Positions 50,856-60,892 of a DNA stretch of 64,000 bases are shown here, piece after piece. The DNA comes from Obrimoposthia wandeli (Eukaryota), in contig CDROCS010003321.1 in the NCBI GenBank assembly GCA_977020255.1, positions 62,001 through 126,000 of the forward strand. The letters are read 5' to 3'. The notes beneath the pieces were generated by a model. The model worked only from the letters and a program-made list of their open reading frames with translations, had not been told where the DNA came from and searched no databases. Position numbers and translations under genes: made by a program. Position 1 is the first letter of the stretch, and each line of letters opens with the position of its first letter.

Positions 50856-50915
50856 ATTAACGACCGTTACTTAAAACAGCAGTTTGTGCCTTTAATCAAT
50901 AAGGCATTTATAGTA

Positions 50916-51125
50916 TTAGATTGCTACTATGTTTTCAGCTTGCGGGCCTTTTTGGCCTTCAGCTAAAACAAACTCAACACGCTGACCTTCAGCCAGTGTT
51001 TTAAATCCATCACCAGCAATAGCTGAAAAATGTGCGAAAACATCCGCACCAGATTCTTGTTCGATAAAACCGAAACCTTTCGCTTCGTTAAACCATTTTA
51101 CCGTACCTGTAGTTGTATTAGACAT
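50916..51125 (-). CDS. cspA: Cold-shock protein (CspA family)
   Basis: [31 protein letters not shown]; symbol is family-level. Confidence 0.96.
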   Translation of the reverse strand: MSNTTTGTVKWFNEAKGFGFIEQESGADVFAHFSAIAGDGFKTLAEGQRVEFVLAEGQKGPQAENIVAI

Positions 51126-51451
51126 TATATTATCCTGTAATTTAAATATTTGATTTAGCCTATATTAGGCGTATGAAGATGTATCGGACTAAATTATTTG
51201 CAACATATGGAAACGACAGGACGAGGTATTACGAAATGAAGACTTCAGAGATGGTACTTACTTTCTAGTTAAAAGAACCATATAGAAAACTAACCTAAGC
51301 GTCAATCTTTAAACGCATGTTTCGTCAAACTAGCCAGCCACTAGGTTTTATTTTTAGTGATTGCTCTTCATTAAAAAAACCTTTTAGTAATCAATAAAAC
51401 ATAAAAAACATCAATTTCTAACCAAGTATTTATTCTTTGATTCAGATCAAA

Positions 51452-51499
51452 TATCAATATGTAGTATGGATATATCATAATTAACACAATATATGCTAC
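51452..51499 (+). promoter_or_regulatory. Tandem NrdR boxes
   Basis: TATCAATATGTAGTAT (51452) and ACACAATATATGCTAC (51484) match acaCwAtATaTwGtgt partly and are 32 bp apart, directly upstream of an RNR gene. Confidence 0.65.
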
Positions 51500-51521
51500 A
51501 TCAGCATTTCATCATCTAAGG

Positions 51522-53672
51522 GTGTTTATTTTGGATTCTACAATTAAAGAACGTCAAACATTACAAGAGCTTTCACTACAACCGGCCTCTCAAGACATTT
51601 GGAGCACTAAATATCAATTACATGATCTGTCTGCAAAGTCGATAGATTTAACCCCAGATGATACGTTAAAACGAATAGCTAAAACCTTAGCTAACATTGA
51701 AAAAGATAACACCCAACTATGGTATAAAAAATTTTTACAGGCATTACGAAGTGGAGCAATGCCTGCGGGTCGTATCATTGCAAACGCCGGAGCACAGCAG
51801 TATAAACCCGCAACCTCTACTATAAACTGCACTGTCTCAGCGACTATTGATGATTCATTAGATTGTATTTTAGCTAAAAACCACCAAGCGGGCTTAACTT
51901 TAAAAGCCGGCTGTGGCATAGGTTACGAATTTTCTACCCTTCGCCCTAAAGGTGCATTTGTTTCTGGTGCAGGTGCCTACACCTCGGGCCCTTTGTCCTT
52001 TATGGATGTATTTGACAAAATGTGTTCCACAGTTTCATCTGCCGGTGGTAGGCGCGGTGCACAAATGGCGACCTTTGATGTGGGTCATCCAGATGTATTA
52101 GCTTTCATTAAAGCCAAAAGAGAAGATGGCCGTTTACGTCAATTCAATTTATCACTCTTGATCAGCGATGCATTTATTGAAGCGGTTAGCCAAGACGCAC
52201 AATGGCCCTTGGCTTTTCCGATCACGATTGAGCAACAACGTACTGAAACCATTGACCTGGACGATGATCAAAAGGTGCTATGGAGACAATGGCCAATCAC
52301 AGAGAACTATATTAGTAACGAAAATGGACTAGTGGCTTGTAAAATCACCCAATGGATACGCGCTAAAGGCCTATGGGACACCATCATGAATTCAAACTAT
52401 GATTTTGCAGAACCCGGTTTTATTTTGATCGATAAAGTAAACAAATTAAATAATAATTGGTTTTGTGAAGACATACGCGCAACAAACCCATGTGGCGAAC
52501 AACCGCTACCCCCTTTTGGCAGCTGCTTATTAGGCTCGATTAACTTAACAGGTTTTGTCATTGATCCCTTCACTGAAGATTCAAAATTCGACTGGGAAAA
52601 ATTTCGTGATGTGGTCGCAATATTTACCCGCATGCTTGATAACGTAGTTGAAATTAATGGTTTACCGCTGGCGCAGCAACGCCATGAAATTGAACACAAA
52701 CGTCGCCATGGTATGGGATATTTAGGCCTAGGCTCTACCATCACTATGCTACGTATGCAGTACGGTGACGCTGCATCTTTAGCGTTTACAGAAGAGGTCA
52801 GTAAAGTGCTCGCTATTACCGGATGGAAGGTCGGCTTAGAGCTCGCAAAAGAGAAAGGAGCCGCTCCTATCATGGACCAATTGTTTACGGTTAATGCAGC
52901 GATGTTGAGTAAACAGCCGCAATTAATCGAAGATGGTTATAAAATGGGTGATCAAGTTTTAGGTAAAGTCCTGCACGCAAAATACAGCCACTATATGCAA
53001 AAAATTGCAGAACAAGAACCTCTCTTAGTTGAGCAGTTAGCTAAACACGGTAGTCGATTTACTCACCACTCCTCCATTGCGCCAACAGGCACCATCGCAT
53101 TATCTTTGGGCAACAATGTAAGTAATGGAATAGAGCCAAGCTTTGCTCATCACTACAGTCGAAACATTATCCAAGAGAATAAAAAAACCAAACGCAGAGT
53201 CGACGTTTACTCTTACGAACTGCTTGCTTATCGCCAATTAATCAACCCCCAAGCCATGCCTTATACTGAAGATTTAGAGAAAAAACTACCCGACTACTTT
53301 ATTACCGCCGATGATATTGACCCTAAACAACATGTTGATGTGCAAGCAGCTGCCCAACTGTGGATTGACTCTTCAATATCCAAAACAGCCAATATCCCAA
53401 GTGACTATCCTTATGAGCAATTTAAAGACATTTATTTATACGCATATGAACAAGGGCTTAAAGGTTGCACCACCTTTCGCTTTAACCCCGAGGCATTTCA
53501 AGGCGTCTTAGTCAAAGAGCAAGACCTTGAAAACACTCAATATAAATTTACTTTAGAAGATGGCACGCAAGTCACTGTAAAGGGTAACGAAGATATTGAG
53601 TACGATGGGGAAATTCACAGTGCAGCTAATTTATACGATGCTTTAAAAGAAGGTTATTACGGACGACTTTAA
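51522..53672 (+). CDS. nrdJa: Class II (adenosylcobalamin-dependent) ribonucleotide reductase, large part
   Basis: PAGRI, TINC, RRGAQM, ATNPCGEQPL (NxCxE), IAPTGTI, GIEP. Confidence 0.92.
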   Translation: MFILDSTIKERQTLQELSLQPASQDIWSTKYQLHDLSAKSIDLTPDDTLKRIAKTLANIEKDNTQLWYKKFLQALRSGAMPAGRIIANAGAQQYKPATSTINCTVSATIDDSLDCILAKNHQAGLTLKAGCGIGYEFSTLRPKGAFVSGAGAYTSGPLSFMDVFDKMCSTVSSAGGRRGAQMATFDVGHPDVLAFIKAKREDGRLRQFNLSLLISDAFIEAVSQDAQWPLAFPITIEQQRTETIDLDDDQKVLWRQWPITENYISNENGLVACKITQWIRAKGLWDTIMNSNYDFAEPGFILIDKVNKLNNNWFCEDIRATNPCGEQPLPPFGSCLLGSINLTGFVIDPFTEDSKFDWEKFRDVVAIFTRMLDNVVEINGLPLAQQRHEIEHKRRHGMGYLGLGSTITMLRMQYGDAASLAFTEEVSKVLAITGWKVGLELAKEKGAAPIMDQLFTVNAAMLSKQPQLIEDGYKMGDQVLGKVLHAKYSHYMQKIAEQEPLLVEQLAKHGSRFTHHSSIAPTGTIALSLGNNVSNGIEPSFAHHYSRNIIQENKKTKRRVDVYSYELLAYRQLINPQAMPYTEDLEKKLPDYFITADDIDPKQHVDVQAAAQLWIDSSISKTANIPSDYPYEQFKDIYLYAYEQGLKGCTTFRFNPEAFQGVLVKEQDLENTQYKFTLEDGTQVTVKGNEDIEYDGEIHSAANLYDALKEGYYGRL

Positions 53673-53734
53673 GCAAATATCACTCCTAGAATTACTTTAC
53701 CCTTGATGATTTAGGCTAGGCCTAACGCATCTTT

Positions 53735-54520
53735 ATGATAAGAGACAGTATTGTGAATACACCAATGAATAACGAAAAAAAGCCAAACGTTGTACGTATT
53801 GATCGTAAAATTTTAAACTTTGAAATTGTTTTGCCTACCAATGATTCACAACAGAATGCGCAAGCCACTACGCTTGTTCAAGATTCAGCTCCTCAAAACA
53901 CAGCACCTCAAGAAACAGCGCTTGAAGCTGTACATGAGCACCTTGATAGACCAGAGATGTTACTAGGATCAACCTATAAAATTAAAACACCCATGTCCTC
54001 GCATGCTTTGTATATAACAATAAATGATGTGTTATTAAATCATGGGACACCCCACGAACAGCGCCACCCCTATGAAATTTTTATCAATTCGAAAAATATG
54101 GATCATTTTATGTGGGTCGTCGCATTAACACGTGTCATTTCAGCAGTATTTCGTAAAGGTGGCGATGTTATTTTTATGGTCGAAGAGCTAAAAGCTGTTT
54201 TCGATCCAAAAGGTGGATATTTCAAAAAAGGCGGAAAATATATGCCCTCTTTAGTCGCTGAAATAGGTGAAGCGATTGAAAGCCATCTGTGTGCAATAGG
54301 CTTAATAAAACCTGCGCAATTAGATACGCACCAACAGCGCTTAGTGGATGAAAAACGAGCGGCTTATAATGAGCAAAAAACGGATACTAGCAGCAAAGAA
54401 AAACTTGATGAGGGTTATCCAAACGAATCACAACTGTGCAACCAGTGCCTGGTAAAAGCGGTAATTCTTTTAGATAATTGCTATACCTGTTTAAGTTGCG
54501 CCGACAGCAAGTGCGGTTAA
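53735..54520 (+). CDS. nrdJb: Class II RNR C-terminal partner (TSCPD domain, terminal Cys cluster)
   Basis: GSTYKIKTP, LYITIND, SAVFRKGG, CNQC...CLSCADSKCG. Confidence 0.85.
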   Translation: MIRDSIVNTPMNNEKKPNVVRIDRKILNFEIVLPTNDSQQNAQATTLVQDSAPQNTAPQETALEAVHEHLDRPEMLLGSTYKIKTPMSSHALYITINDVLLNHGTPHEQRHPYEIFINSKNMDHFMWVVALTRVISAVFRKGGDVIFMVEELKAVFDPKGGYFKKGGKYMPSLVAEIGEAIESHLCAIGLIKPAQLDTHQQRLVDEKRAAYNEQKTDTSSKEKLDEGYPNESQLCNQCLVKAVILLDNCYTCLSCADSKCG

Positions 54521-54576
54521 TTTATTAGCGCATAATTGATGACAGTATGAATGTAATTGTGTTTTGTTTATACAAA

Positions 54577-54691
54577 CTGCCAACCTAATATTAAGCATGT
54601 TCTTAATCGGGTTGGCAGCTAGCAGTCTGCCGGGCTTGGCCGATCGTAGTGAGAGAAAGCAGACTTAGTGCTAAGTCCGACAAACTGCTAG
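54577..54691. other. Compact multi-hairpin intergenic element
   Basis: CTGCCAACC/GGTTGGCAG stem (54577-54618) followed by CTAGCAGT/ACTGCTAG (54619-54691), which encloses GACTTAG-TG-CTAAGTC. Confidence 0.55.
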
Positions 54692-54750
54692 GCTTAGCTT
54701 AAATAAATAGCCAAAACTTAGTCACTTCACATACTTTATCATTACTGTAT

Positions 54751-55758
54751 CTAAACCTTAGATACCCTGCCAACTAAAGGGTATGCCGGATCGTTATAAC
54801 CAGGGGTTGAGGAATGGCCGGTAATAACTAATTTGTTAATTAACGCTTCATCTACTGCCCTAAATTGATAGCTCAGCGCGGCTAAATATTCTTGCCATTG
54901 CTCCATTGTACGGGGCCCTGCTATAGCACCGCTAATTAAACGGTTATTCAACACCCAAGATAATGCAAACTGTCCAGCAGTAATACCCTGCTCTAGTGCA
55001 TGTGTCTTAATTTGTTGAGCAATTTCCAGTGATTCTTCGCGCCATTCAGTTTGCAATATACGGGTGTCTTTTTGGCCTGCCCTCGTATCGGCTGGTGCTG
55101 TTTGATGAGGTAAATATTTACCCGTTAACACCCCTCTGGCCAATGGGCTATAGGAGAAAACGCCAATTCCGTAATGCTCGCAAACCGGCAAGTGCTCTAT
55201 TTCAGGCATACGATTGAGTGCATTGTAATAAGGCTGACTCACTACTGGGTGAGGTACATTTAACTCATCGCACAAGCGAATTATTTCAGCGACCCGCCAG
55301 GCCCTGAAATTACTCAACCCAAAATAGCGTATTTTACCTTGGCTAATTAAATCGCCAATTGCAGCAATTGTTTCTCGCAGCGGTGTATTTAAATCTTCAA
55401 GGTGCAAGTAGTATATATCAATATAATCAGTATCTAAGCGCTGTAAGCTATCATCAGCGGCTTGCATCAACCATTTCCGGCTTAGGCCCTTCCTATTAAC
55501 TCCTGCCCCCATTGCATTACCCACTTTTGTAGCGAGTACCCAATCGTGACGCGTATTTTTAATCAATTGTCCTGTTATTTGCTCAGACACACCTGCATTA
55601 TAAACATCGGCCGTATCGATAAAATTAACACCGGCATCAATGGCACTATCAACAATTTTTTTACTTACATTTTTATCGGTGCGTCCGCCAAACATCATAG
55701 TGCCTAAACACAATGGAGATACTTTAAGACCTGATTTTCCTAATTGCGTATATTGCAT
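54751..55758 (-). CDS. Aldo/keto reductase
   Basis: LCLGTMMFG, IDTADVY, LATK, DIYYLH, PYSPLARG-like motif. Confidence 0.94.
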   Translation of the reverse strand: MQYTQLGKSGLKVSPLCLGTMMFGGRTDKNVSKKIVDSAIDAGVNFIDTADVYNAGVSEQITGQLIKNTRHDWVLATKVGNAMGAGVNRKGLSRKWLMQAADDSLQRLDTDYIDIYYLHLEDLNTPLRETIAAIGDLISQGKIRYFGLSNFRAWRVAEIIRLCDELNVPHPVVSQPYYNALNRMPEIEHLPVCEHYGIGVFSYSPLARGVLTGKYLPHQTAPADTRAGQKDTRILQTEWREESLEIAQQIKTHALEQGITAGQFALSWVLNNRLISGAIAGPRTMEQWQEYLAALSYQFRAVDEALINKLVITGHSSTPGYNDPAYPLVGRVSKV

Positions 55759-55904
55759 ACTTATAGACCTATATTAAGAATAAAAAACGATGAAACACTC
55801 ATAAACCTTAATCTACATTCACCCCATGACATTGATTTTTTGAAGATAATAATATGCTTGCAGATCAGTCAAATCTAACTCTAAAACTAAGCTTTACGCA
55901 GTAG

Positions 55905-56804
55905 CTACGTTCTTTTGTTACGCTTTACATCAAACAGCCCCAACGCATTAATCAATGCGCCGCCAAGAATAAGACCACCACCGACTAAAGTCCACAATGA
56001 GGGAAGTTCGTTAAATATAACAGCACCTAGAATCATCGCGAAAACCACCTGAATATAAGAAAAAGCAGTAATTTTACTCGCCACTTCATGCTGAAGCGCT
56101 TTCGTTAATCCAAGCTGTCCTATTTGAGTAAAAATCCCCACAAATATCATCAACATCAACGCTTGCCCACTAGGCATTACAAAATCCGAACCTAGCAACA
56201 CTATTGACAGTGGTAAAGCAACCATCGGAAAATAAAGAATAATCACAGAGCTGTCTTCAGTTTTACTCAATTGTTTAACAATAACATAAGCAACCGCACT
56301 ACCAAATGCCCCCAGTAATGCTAACAATACACTGAACAACGGTAAATTAGCACTACTGGTAAACGCAGTTCTGGGATCAACAATCGCGATTAAACCAAAA
56401 ATACACAACACAATGCAGACAAGCGTTGAATTTTGTACTTTCTCTTTAAGAAAAATCACAGCTAACAACGCAGTAAATATCGGGTGAACATATTGAAGAA
56501 TTGTCGCCTCTGCTAGTGGTAGCGTTGTGACTGAGAAGTAAACGCAAATTAAGGCAAGTGTGCCTACTGCTCCACGGGCAAAAAGTAATTTATGATTATG
56601 GCCCAGCGCTGATATGCGTTTACGTTTAATATCTAAATAACTTAAAACGAGAGAGACAACAGAGCGAACAGCAACAATTTCAAACACTGGGATATGATGA
56701 TTGTTCACTAATTTCACAAAACTGGTCATCAAAGCAAAACCGAGTGCAGAGAGAACAATATATCGAACACCTAAGGGTATTTGATTAAAATTATTAAGAA
56801 ACAT
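55905..56804 (-). CDS. DMT/EamA family transporter
   Basis: Two EamA repeats, LPLAEAT, FNELP. Confidence 0.92.
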   Translation of the reverse strand: MFLNNFNQIPLGVRYIVLSALGFALMTSFVKLVNNHHIPVFEIVAVRSVVSLVLSYLDIKRKRISALGHNHKLLFARGAVGTLALICVYFSVTTLPLAEATILQYVHPIFTALLAVIFLKEKVQNSTLVCIVLCIFGLIAIVDPRTAFTSSANLPLFSVLLALLGAFGSAVAYVIVKQLSKTEDSSVIILYFPMVALPLSIVLLGSDFVMPSGQALMLMIFVGIFTQIGQLGLTKALQHEVASKITAFSYIQVVFAMILGAVIFNELPSLWTLVGGGLILGGALINALGLFDVKRNKRT

Positions 56805-56995
56805 AATTGCCTGTTAGGTAACGCTGGTACGAGTGCGTGTGGATAGAAGAAATGATAAAACATGAGTGGCCAGAATAGCGTTTAACCTCGTTTGATACCA
56901 TGCATAAATTAATGACCATTCATAATTAGTTACCCTGCATAAACAGATATCTACTAGATAAACCACCAGCAAACTAACGCTGATTATCATGATGC

Positions 56996-57886
56996 TTATA
57001 GCAGCGACAAATTTCCCTCATAGCTAAAACCCCTTGGGTTGTTAGTCACAGGGTCGATAAACTGTAGCTCTTTAGCGAGTAGTTGCAAAGGAGCGGCAAA
57101 ATCATCTTCTGATAACGGTTGTAATTGCGGGTAATACTTATCATTGAGAATAGGCCAGCCCAGTGTCTGCATGTGCACCCGTAATTGATGGGTTTTACCG
57201 GTAATGGGGTTTAATTCAAATAGCGCCTTTGTAGCTGATTGTTGCAAACATCGAATCACAGAATGACTATTTGCAGCCCCAGCAGTTACACTCATGCGAA
57301 AACGAGGCTCACCTTGCACGATACAATTTTTAACGTCCCACTTGTGCCCTACCAAATCATCTTCCTGATCAATGTTAGCAATCGCCTGGTAGGTTTTGTG
57401 TATTTGTCGGGTTTTAAATAACTGATGATAACGGTGCCGAGTATCTGGATTAACAGAAAATATAACCAAGCCTGCCGTCACTCTGTCTAAGCGATGCAAC
57501 GCTTGTAGTGATTCAATCCCAGTGCTTAATCGCAACCGGTTTTGTAAGCACTCGTTGACATACTTACCGCCTGGGGTAACCGGTAAAAAATGCGGTTTAT
57601 ATGCCACCAGTATGTGTTGATCCTCAAATAGAATGGTTTCCTTAAAGGGAATTTTCGGCTCGTTTTCTACTTCTCGATAATAATAGACGCGTTGCTGTGG
57701 CTCAAAGGGTGATTGTGTCGTTATGAGAGAGCCATCATGAAAATGCACCTTGCCATCAAGCATGCGTTGCTGCCATGTTTGAGCATCAATATAAGGAAAT
57801 TTAATAATCAGGTATTGCAGTATTGTACTAACACCTGGATTAACTTCAGGTAAGCTCAGCTTTGAAGCACGCTCAGAAATAGCCAT
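56996..57886 (-). CDS. RluA-family pseudouridine synthase
   Basis: KPHFLP, HRLDRVTAG (catalytic Asp), GKTHQLRVH. Confidence 0.92.
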   Translation of the reverse strand: MAISERASKLSLPEVNPGVSTILQYLIIKFPYIDAQTWQQRMLDGKVHFHDGSLITTQSPFEPQQRVYYYREVENEPKIPFKETILFEDQHILVAYKPHFLPVTPGGKYVNECLQNRLRLSTGIESLQALHRLDRVTAGLVIFSVNPDTRHRYHQLFKTRQIHKTYQAIANIDQEDDLVGHKWDVKNCIVQGEPRFRMSVTAGAANSHSVIRCLQQSATKALFELNPITGKTHQLRVHMQTLGWPILNDKYYPQLQPLSEDDFAAPLQLLAKELQFIDPVTNNPRGFSYEGNLSLL

Positions 57887-57938
57887 TTAATGCTCCAAAT
57901 GCTTACTTATATCCATATAATAAGTGCTGATTTTTTTG

Positions 57939-58520
57939 TCAGGCAACCTTTGCTTTACCGTCAAACAGCGCTGCTAGCCTGCTAGAGCGAATCAGCTCAA
58001 TATTATTCTCTTGAGCGTATTGATCAGCCGAGGCTGAAATTTCACCTAAAGTTACATAAAGATATCCTGTGGCTTCAATTTTTTCACCTGCAGCGACTAA
58101 TAATTTCAAAGGCTCTATGCCTGTGTTGGCCGCTTTAAACCGCTTGCTGGATAACAACAGTTTTCGGCTATTATAAATCAACTCTAAATCGGCGCCCTTG
58201 CCTTTAAATATGCTAGCTTGGTAACCGCTTTTTATATAATTAGCCGCTACTTTCTCAGCAATAACCCCTGCAGATAATTTTTGCGCCTGCTCTGTTACTT
58301 GCAACACTCGTTTTTTTGAAGGGTGTTGCAATTGCTTATAAGCAGCGTATCCACCTATTGCGAAAAATGGCATCGAACCCGTCACACTCAATACTACGTA
58401 CTGTGCATCGGTAACAAATAAACTGATCGCCAAAATGAACAATCCGATTAATATGCTATACCACCAAGAAGATCGCAATAATACTGCGAACAATGACCCT
58501 TTAGCCATTTTAAATGCCAT
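57939..58520 (-). CDS. Membrane-anchored Mrr-like restriction endonuclease domain protein
   Basis: Two N-terminal TM helices; GADL...SSKRFK...A...A..N.IELI pattern typical of Mrr_cat. Confidence 0.7.
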   Translation of the reverse strand: MAFKMAKGSLFAVLLRSSWWYSILIGLFILAISLFVTDAQYVVLSVTGSMPFFAIGGYAAYKQLQHPSKKRVLQVTEQAQKLSAGVIAEKVAANYIKSGYQASIFKGKGADLELIYNSRKLLLSSKRFKAANTGIEPLKLLVAAGEKIEATGYLYVTLGEISASADQYAQENNIELIRSSRLAALFDGKAKVA

Positions 58521-58888
58521 AAATAAATTACCTTTAAAAATTGAAGCGCTATAGTATCATTTTTCTTAACCAACGCTGCTCAAAAAATAAGGATTCATTT
58601 CTATTAAAGGATTTAGCGTAAATAGACTGTGCTTAAGTGCCCTCTAAATAATGACTTACGCAGCATCGCTGGATAAAGTCTAGGTCGTTATATTCTGGTA
58701 CAAATATCAAATATTACTCTGTAGATACTATCATTGCTGTCCGGTTTAGCTTTTGTTGCTCTCTAACTGATTGACTTTACGTTGTAGATAAAGGCAATTT
58801 TGTTGCAAAGTCACCTTTAGCGATAATAGATAGCTAGAAATAAACGCGTTAGAGGGCTTACATTTTTTAACCTAACAGTAATGAGATA

Positions 58889-59668
58889 CTAAACTAAAAA
58901 CTCCTGAAGACGACGCTTTTGAACACCTGCAGAATCAAAATTATCGACACCAAGCCATCGCTCAAAAGCTATTTTTTGTTGAGGCCACTCTGAGTCAAGC
59001 ATAGAAAACCACGCCGTGTCTCTGTTGCGATTTTTATAAATAAGTGCTTGCCTAAACACCCCCTCAAACGTAAACCCAAGCCTTTGTGCTGCTTTTATCG
59101 AGGGTGCATTTAAATTATCGCATTTCCATTCATAGCGTCGATAGCCAAGCTCATCAAACACTCTGTGCATCATCAAAAACATTGCCTCTGTAGATAATGG
59201 TGTTTGCTGAAGCCTTGAGGAGAAGTGAATATTACCTACTTCGATCACGCCATGTGCAGCCTCAATTCTCATAAATGCAGCCATGCCTACTGCCTTGCCA
59301 TCACTTTTATCAATAACTACGTGAAACAGAGGATCTAAAGCGCAACAGCTGGCCTGCAACCACTGTTTGAATGCCTCAAAATCTTTATGAGGCTCAGAGA
59401 AAAGATAAGTCCAGTTGCGCCCCTCTGGATCTTCAAGAAATACATTAAACAGTGCCTGTGCATGCTTTAGCGGATCTAGCGGAACGACATCGCAGTAATG
59501 CCCTTGCATTGGCGTTCTCATGGGTTGCGGACACGGCTGCCAATTTGGTAAATCAGCTCCTATAGGCTGCCCAAGAGAATTAATCTGATTACTTTTCATT
59601 ATCGCACTCCCAATCATGTGGTCATCAGCATTACTGTTTAGTGCGTAAACTCTGCCAACGCAACTCAA
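58889..59668 (-). CDS. GNAT (RimJ/RimL-type) acetyltransferase
   Basis: IEVG, LGYRRYEWKCDNLNAPS, RLGFTFEG, RNRDTAWFS; true start probably internal (MKSNQ). Confidence 0.9.
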   Translation of the reverse strand: MSCVGRVYALNSNADDHMIGSAIMKSNQINSLGQPIGADLPNWQPCPQPMRTPMQGHYCDVVPLDPLKHAQALFNVFLEDPEGRNWTYLFSEPHKDFEAFKQWLQASCCALDPLFHVVIDKSDGKAVGMAAFMRIEAAHGVIEVGNIHFSSRLQQTPLSTEAMFLMMHRVFDELGYRRYEWKCDNLNAPSIKAAQRLGFTFEGVFRQALIYKNRNRDTAWFSMLDSEWPQQKIAFERWLGVDNFDSAGVQKRRLQEFLV

Positions 59669-59935
59669 ATGCCAAATTGAATATTTAAATCAATATTAGA
59701 TAAAATGTGGTATTTAATAAATATCCAGTTTCCTATTTTTTTAAGATACCAATACAATATATTCAAGGTAGTTCAGTCATTACTACGACTAATAACCCAC
59801 CCATTCAACTAAGCTATTCTATCCCGCTATAGGGTGATCAGTACTAAACAACAAACATAGATAGCAGTAATATTTAGCATAAAAATATAAATAAACTACT
59901 TTATAAAAACCAAATAATTCACTGTTTTAAAAGAT

Positions 59936-60838
59936 TTAACTAGGTTCTAAGAAAAATTTTAGTGCTCTAGATATAGCAGCATATTTAGCTGATCCATGGT
60001 CTTCGCCTTTTAATGCAATATATTCAAATTGGTTTTCAAACACCCGCTTCGATATTTTTGCGACGAAGCGTTTAATACTGGGTAGCATTTTTCTATTTGC
60101 TAATATTTTCATTATTTCAGGCGAGCGCTTTGCATGTTGATCCTCTAAAGAGCCCACACTAATGAATACGTTTTTAGATAAACTGTATGCTTCAGGTATC
60201 TGCGCCAACATCATTTGATCACCCCACCATAAAGATGGGCTAGACGCTAAGTAGCTAGTAAACAGTTGTGGTTGATTGAGTAATACATGTAATGCAAATA
60301 ATCCACCGTAAGAGTGACCAAATATAGCCTGTTTATTACGATCAACAGGAAATAACTCAAAAATTAATGGCTTAAGCTCTTTGCCTATAAATTGTGAGAA
60401 TTTATCAGCGCCGCCAGTGTTTGGCCCTCCATTTACTATCCAAGGCGTATAGTCTTTTGATCTCAAATCATACAGTTTGTTAGTTGATTGCTTGTACCCA
60501 ATCGCCACGATAATAGCCTGTTGGTAACCCGTTACTTTGCTGCGCCGAGCCTTTTGTTTGTTGATTTGTCGAAGTGTTGCAAATGTACTGCCGCCATCTA
60601 ATGCGTAGATAATTGCAAAGCCATTTTCTGGTGCATCTCCAGGCGGAACATCTATGTATATTTGGTAATTATGTCCTGTTATCTTTGATGCTAGCACTGT
60701 TTGAATTGAGCCTTCTAAAATGACTGGTTGCCAATTTACTTGCTGGCTGTTTGCAGTATTACTGATTAAATTACTCATTAAGATCACTAAAAGTAGTGCC
60801 TGCTTGCCATAGTTAAAACTATTTCGAAAAGGTTGCAT
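59936..60838 (-). CDS. IroE/Fes-like alpha/beta hydrolase (siderophore esterase)
   Basis: IYALDG, R.KDYTP, GGADKF, GHSYGGL, SPSLWW, EDHGS. Confidence 0.88.
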   Translation of the reverse strand: MQPFRNSFNYGKQALLLVILMSNLISNTANSQQVNWQPVILEGSIQTVLASKITGHNYQIYIDVPPGDAPENGFAIIYALDGGSTFATLRQINKQKARRSKVTGYQQAIIVAIGYKQSTNKLYDLRSKDYTPWIVNGGPNTGGADKFSQFIGKELKPLIFELFPVDRNKQAIFGHSYGGLFALHVLLNQPQLFTSYLASSPSLWWGDQMMLAQIPEAYSLSKNVFISVGSLEDQHAKRSPEIMKILANRKMLPSIKRFVAKISKRVFENQFEYIALKGEDHGSAKYAAISRALKFFLEPS

Positions 60839-60892
60839 TAGAATATCCTAGTCAATAGCTTCGCTCATTTATAAATGAGCGAAGCTTGCACA

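Noticed and set aside
51130-51520. Cobalamin riboswitch upstream of nrdJa
   Set aside because: No B12-box-like sequence recognised; region is AT-rich promoter DNA
6273-53724. TAGGC-N3-GCCTA mini-palindrome at 6273, 32399 and 53712 as a REP family
   Set aside because: Only 10 informative bases and three copies; needs a genome-wide count to exceed chance
59700-59755. TGGTAT...ATACCA inverted motif upstream of the GNAT gene (MocR-type operator?)
   Set aside because: Short, and no cognate regulator adjacent
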